From: Eledone cirrhosa
Taxonomy: Eukaryota
NCBI GenBank assembly: GCA_964016885.1
Contig: OZ024742.1
Location: 97,836,001 to 97,900,000, forward strand
Length of the DNA stretch: 64,000 nt
Reading direction: 5' to 3'
Numbering within the stretch: position 1 is the first letter of the stretch; every line of letters begins with the position of its first letter. Of the stretch, positions 62,540 through 64,000 are shown piece by piece. The translations under genes and the position numbers were made by a program. Under the pieces are notes generated by a model. It was not told the DNA's origin and searched no databases. It saw only the letters and a list, made by a program, of their open reading frames with translations.

Positions 62540-63720
62540 TCTGTCCCATAGTCTGGTAGACCGTTGGGGCACCACTGATGACCTGACAACCAGCTCTATC
62601 GATTCCTCTCGCCTCTCGCCTCTCCACTCTCCTTATGGTTGCAATGTTTGCACCCATCTTCAAGCTAATCCATTGCAGGATGTTGTTCTTCCATCTATTT
62701 TCTGTCTGCATTTCTTCCCCCCTCCTTGTACTGTTCCCGGCAGGGAATTCTTGGCAAGTCATGAAGATTTTGTCACGTGCTCGTAGCATGTCAATTTGCA
62801 TTGTTTTACAATAATCAGTAGGTATTCGTAGGGCCCGATGCGGTCTCTGTAGGTGATGCCAAGGAACTTTCTGAAGCATTTCATCTCCATAGCCTGTATC
62901 CTTCTTTCCAGATGTGCTGTTATTATCGAAGACTCACAGGCGTTCAAGAATATGGACATGGCCAGAAAGCTCATCATTGTGATCTTCGAGCTGAGGAGTA
63001 TTTTTTCTTTTTGTCATTCCAGGTGATCCCGGTTTTATAAGTGCTGGGCAGATCTGGCATTATTTCGGGTTTAGCTCTTTCAACTAAAATGATTGTCTTC
63101 AGGTATTTGAAACTGTTGACGCAAACTAGTTTCTCGCCGTTGATCCTGATGTCAGTGCTGATGTCGTTGGGTTTTTTTCGTCATCATTTTGGTCTTTTCT
63201 GCACTAATCTGCATGCTGTAGGCAGTATATGCCTTATCAAGATATTCCACTAGCTCATCTTCTTTCCCTGTTAGATCATATATGTCGTCGACAAAACGCA
63301 AGTTCATAACCGTCCTGTCCCTTCATGTTCTTCAAATGCGTCTTTCATAATTATCTCTAAGATGTTGAAGAGAGTTGGACAGAGTAAACAACTTTGTCTT
63401 ACTCCAAGTGTGGTTCTGAACCCGTCCCCAACGTTGCTGTTTAAGTAAACTGATATGGCGGTTTTGTCAAATAGGCTCCATATCACTCTGACCACTTTCC
63501 CATTTTGTCGCCAGACCCTGACGAACACCTTCTTGATGTTCACGGAGACATGATAGAGGCACATGTTACAACACTTGAACGAATTTCTCTTCATGTCTCT
63601 CGATTTCCTTATACGCACTCCCTTTCTCTAGACATTTTAAGAACTCTTTTACGACAGAACGTAAGGAGAGTAACCGCTTAGAGTGGCCGGACTGAGGAAT
63701 TTTCACGTGTTTCCGGTCAA
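62540..63720 (-). pseudogene. RTE-clade LINE RT remnant
   Basis: FRTTLGVRQSCLLCPTLFNI, NLRFVDDI, ACES..LERRIQAMEMKCFRKFLGI. Confidence 0.88.
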
Positions 63721-63753
63721 GTGCATTAAGCTTCCACACCCCCTCCCCCGTCA

Positions 63754-63833
<80 letters not shown>

Positions 63834-64000
63834 CATCGGGAACTAGCTGTGAAACGGCAAGAGCTCAGCCATTGCAGTACTGTCTCTATCATATTACAGT
63901 ACTTCATTACCCCAAATATCGAGTAATTTGGTGAGTAATTGTCTAAACAGGTTTTTACTGCATCCATATTGATTTATATATATATATATTTATATATATA

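Overview
Gene-poor, AT-rich eukaryotic (animal) DNA made almost entirely of repeats. The SINE families and the density of (TA)n tracts suggest an octopus/coleoid cephalopod genome (inference). I found no confident host protein-coding gene. Contents: three Penelope-like retroelements (PLEs) with distinct RT + GIY-YIG endonuclease sequences, one of them a 3.4-kb head-to-head palindrome; decayed RTE-clade LINEs; tRNA-derived SINEs; hAT and Tc1/mariner remnants; and a 6.5-kb G/T-rich 28-bp minisatellite. The most striking signal is about ten fold-back (palindromic) insertions in or beside (TA)n microsatellites. Wherever orientation can be read, both 3' ends face outward. Many carry minimal type I hammerhead ribozyme (HHR) motifs with a palindromic helix III, including recurrent core variants (U.U at the base of helix II, U3-A8, U4C), and the fold-back point often lies at or just 5' of the ribozyme. 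All coordinates and pairings were read by eye; no folding or database search was run.
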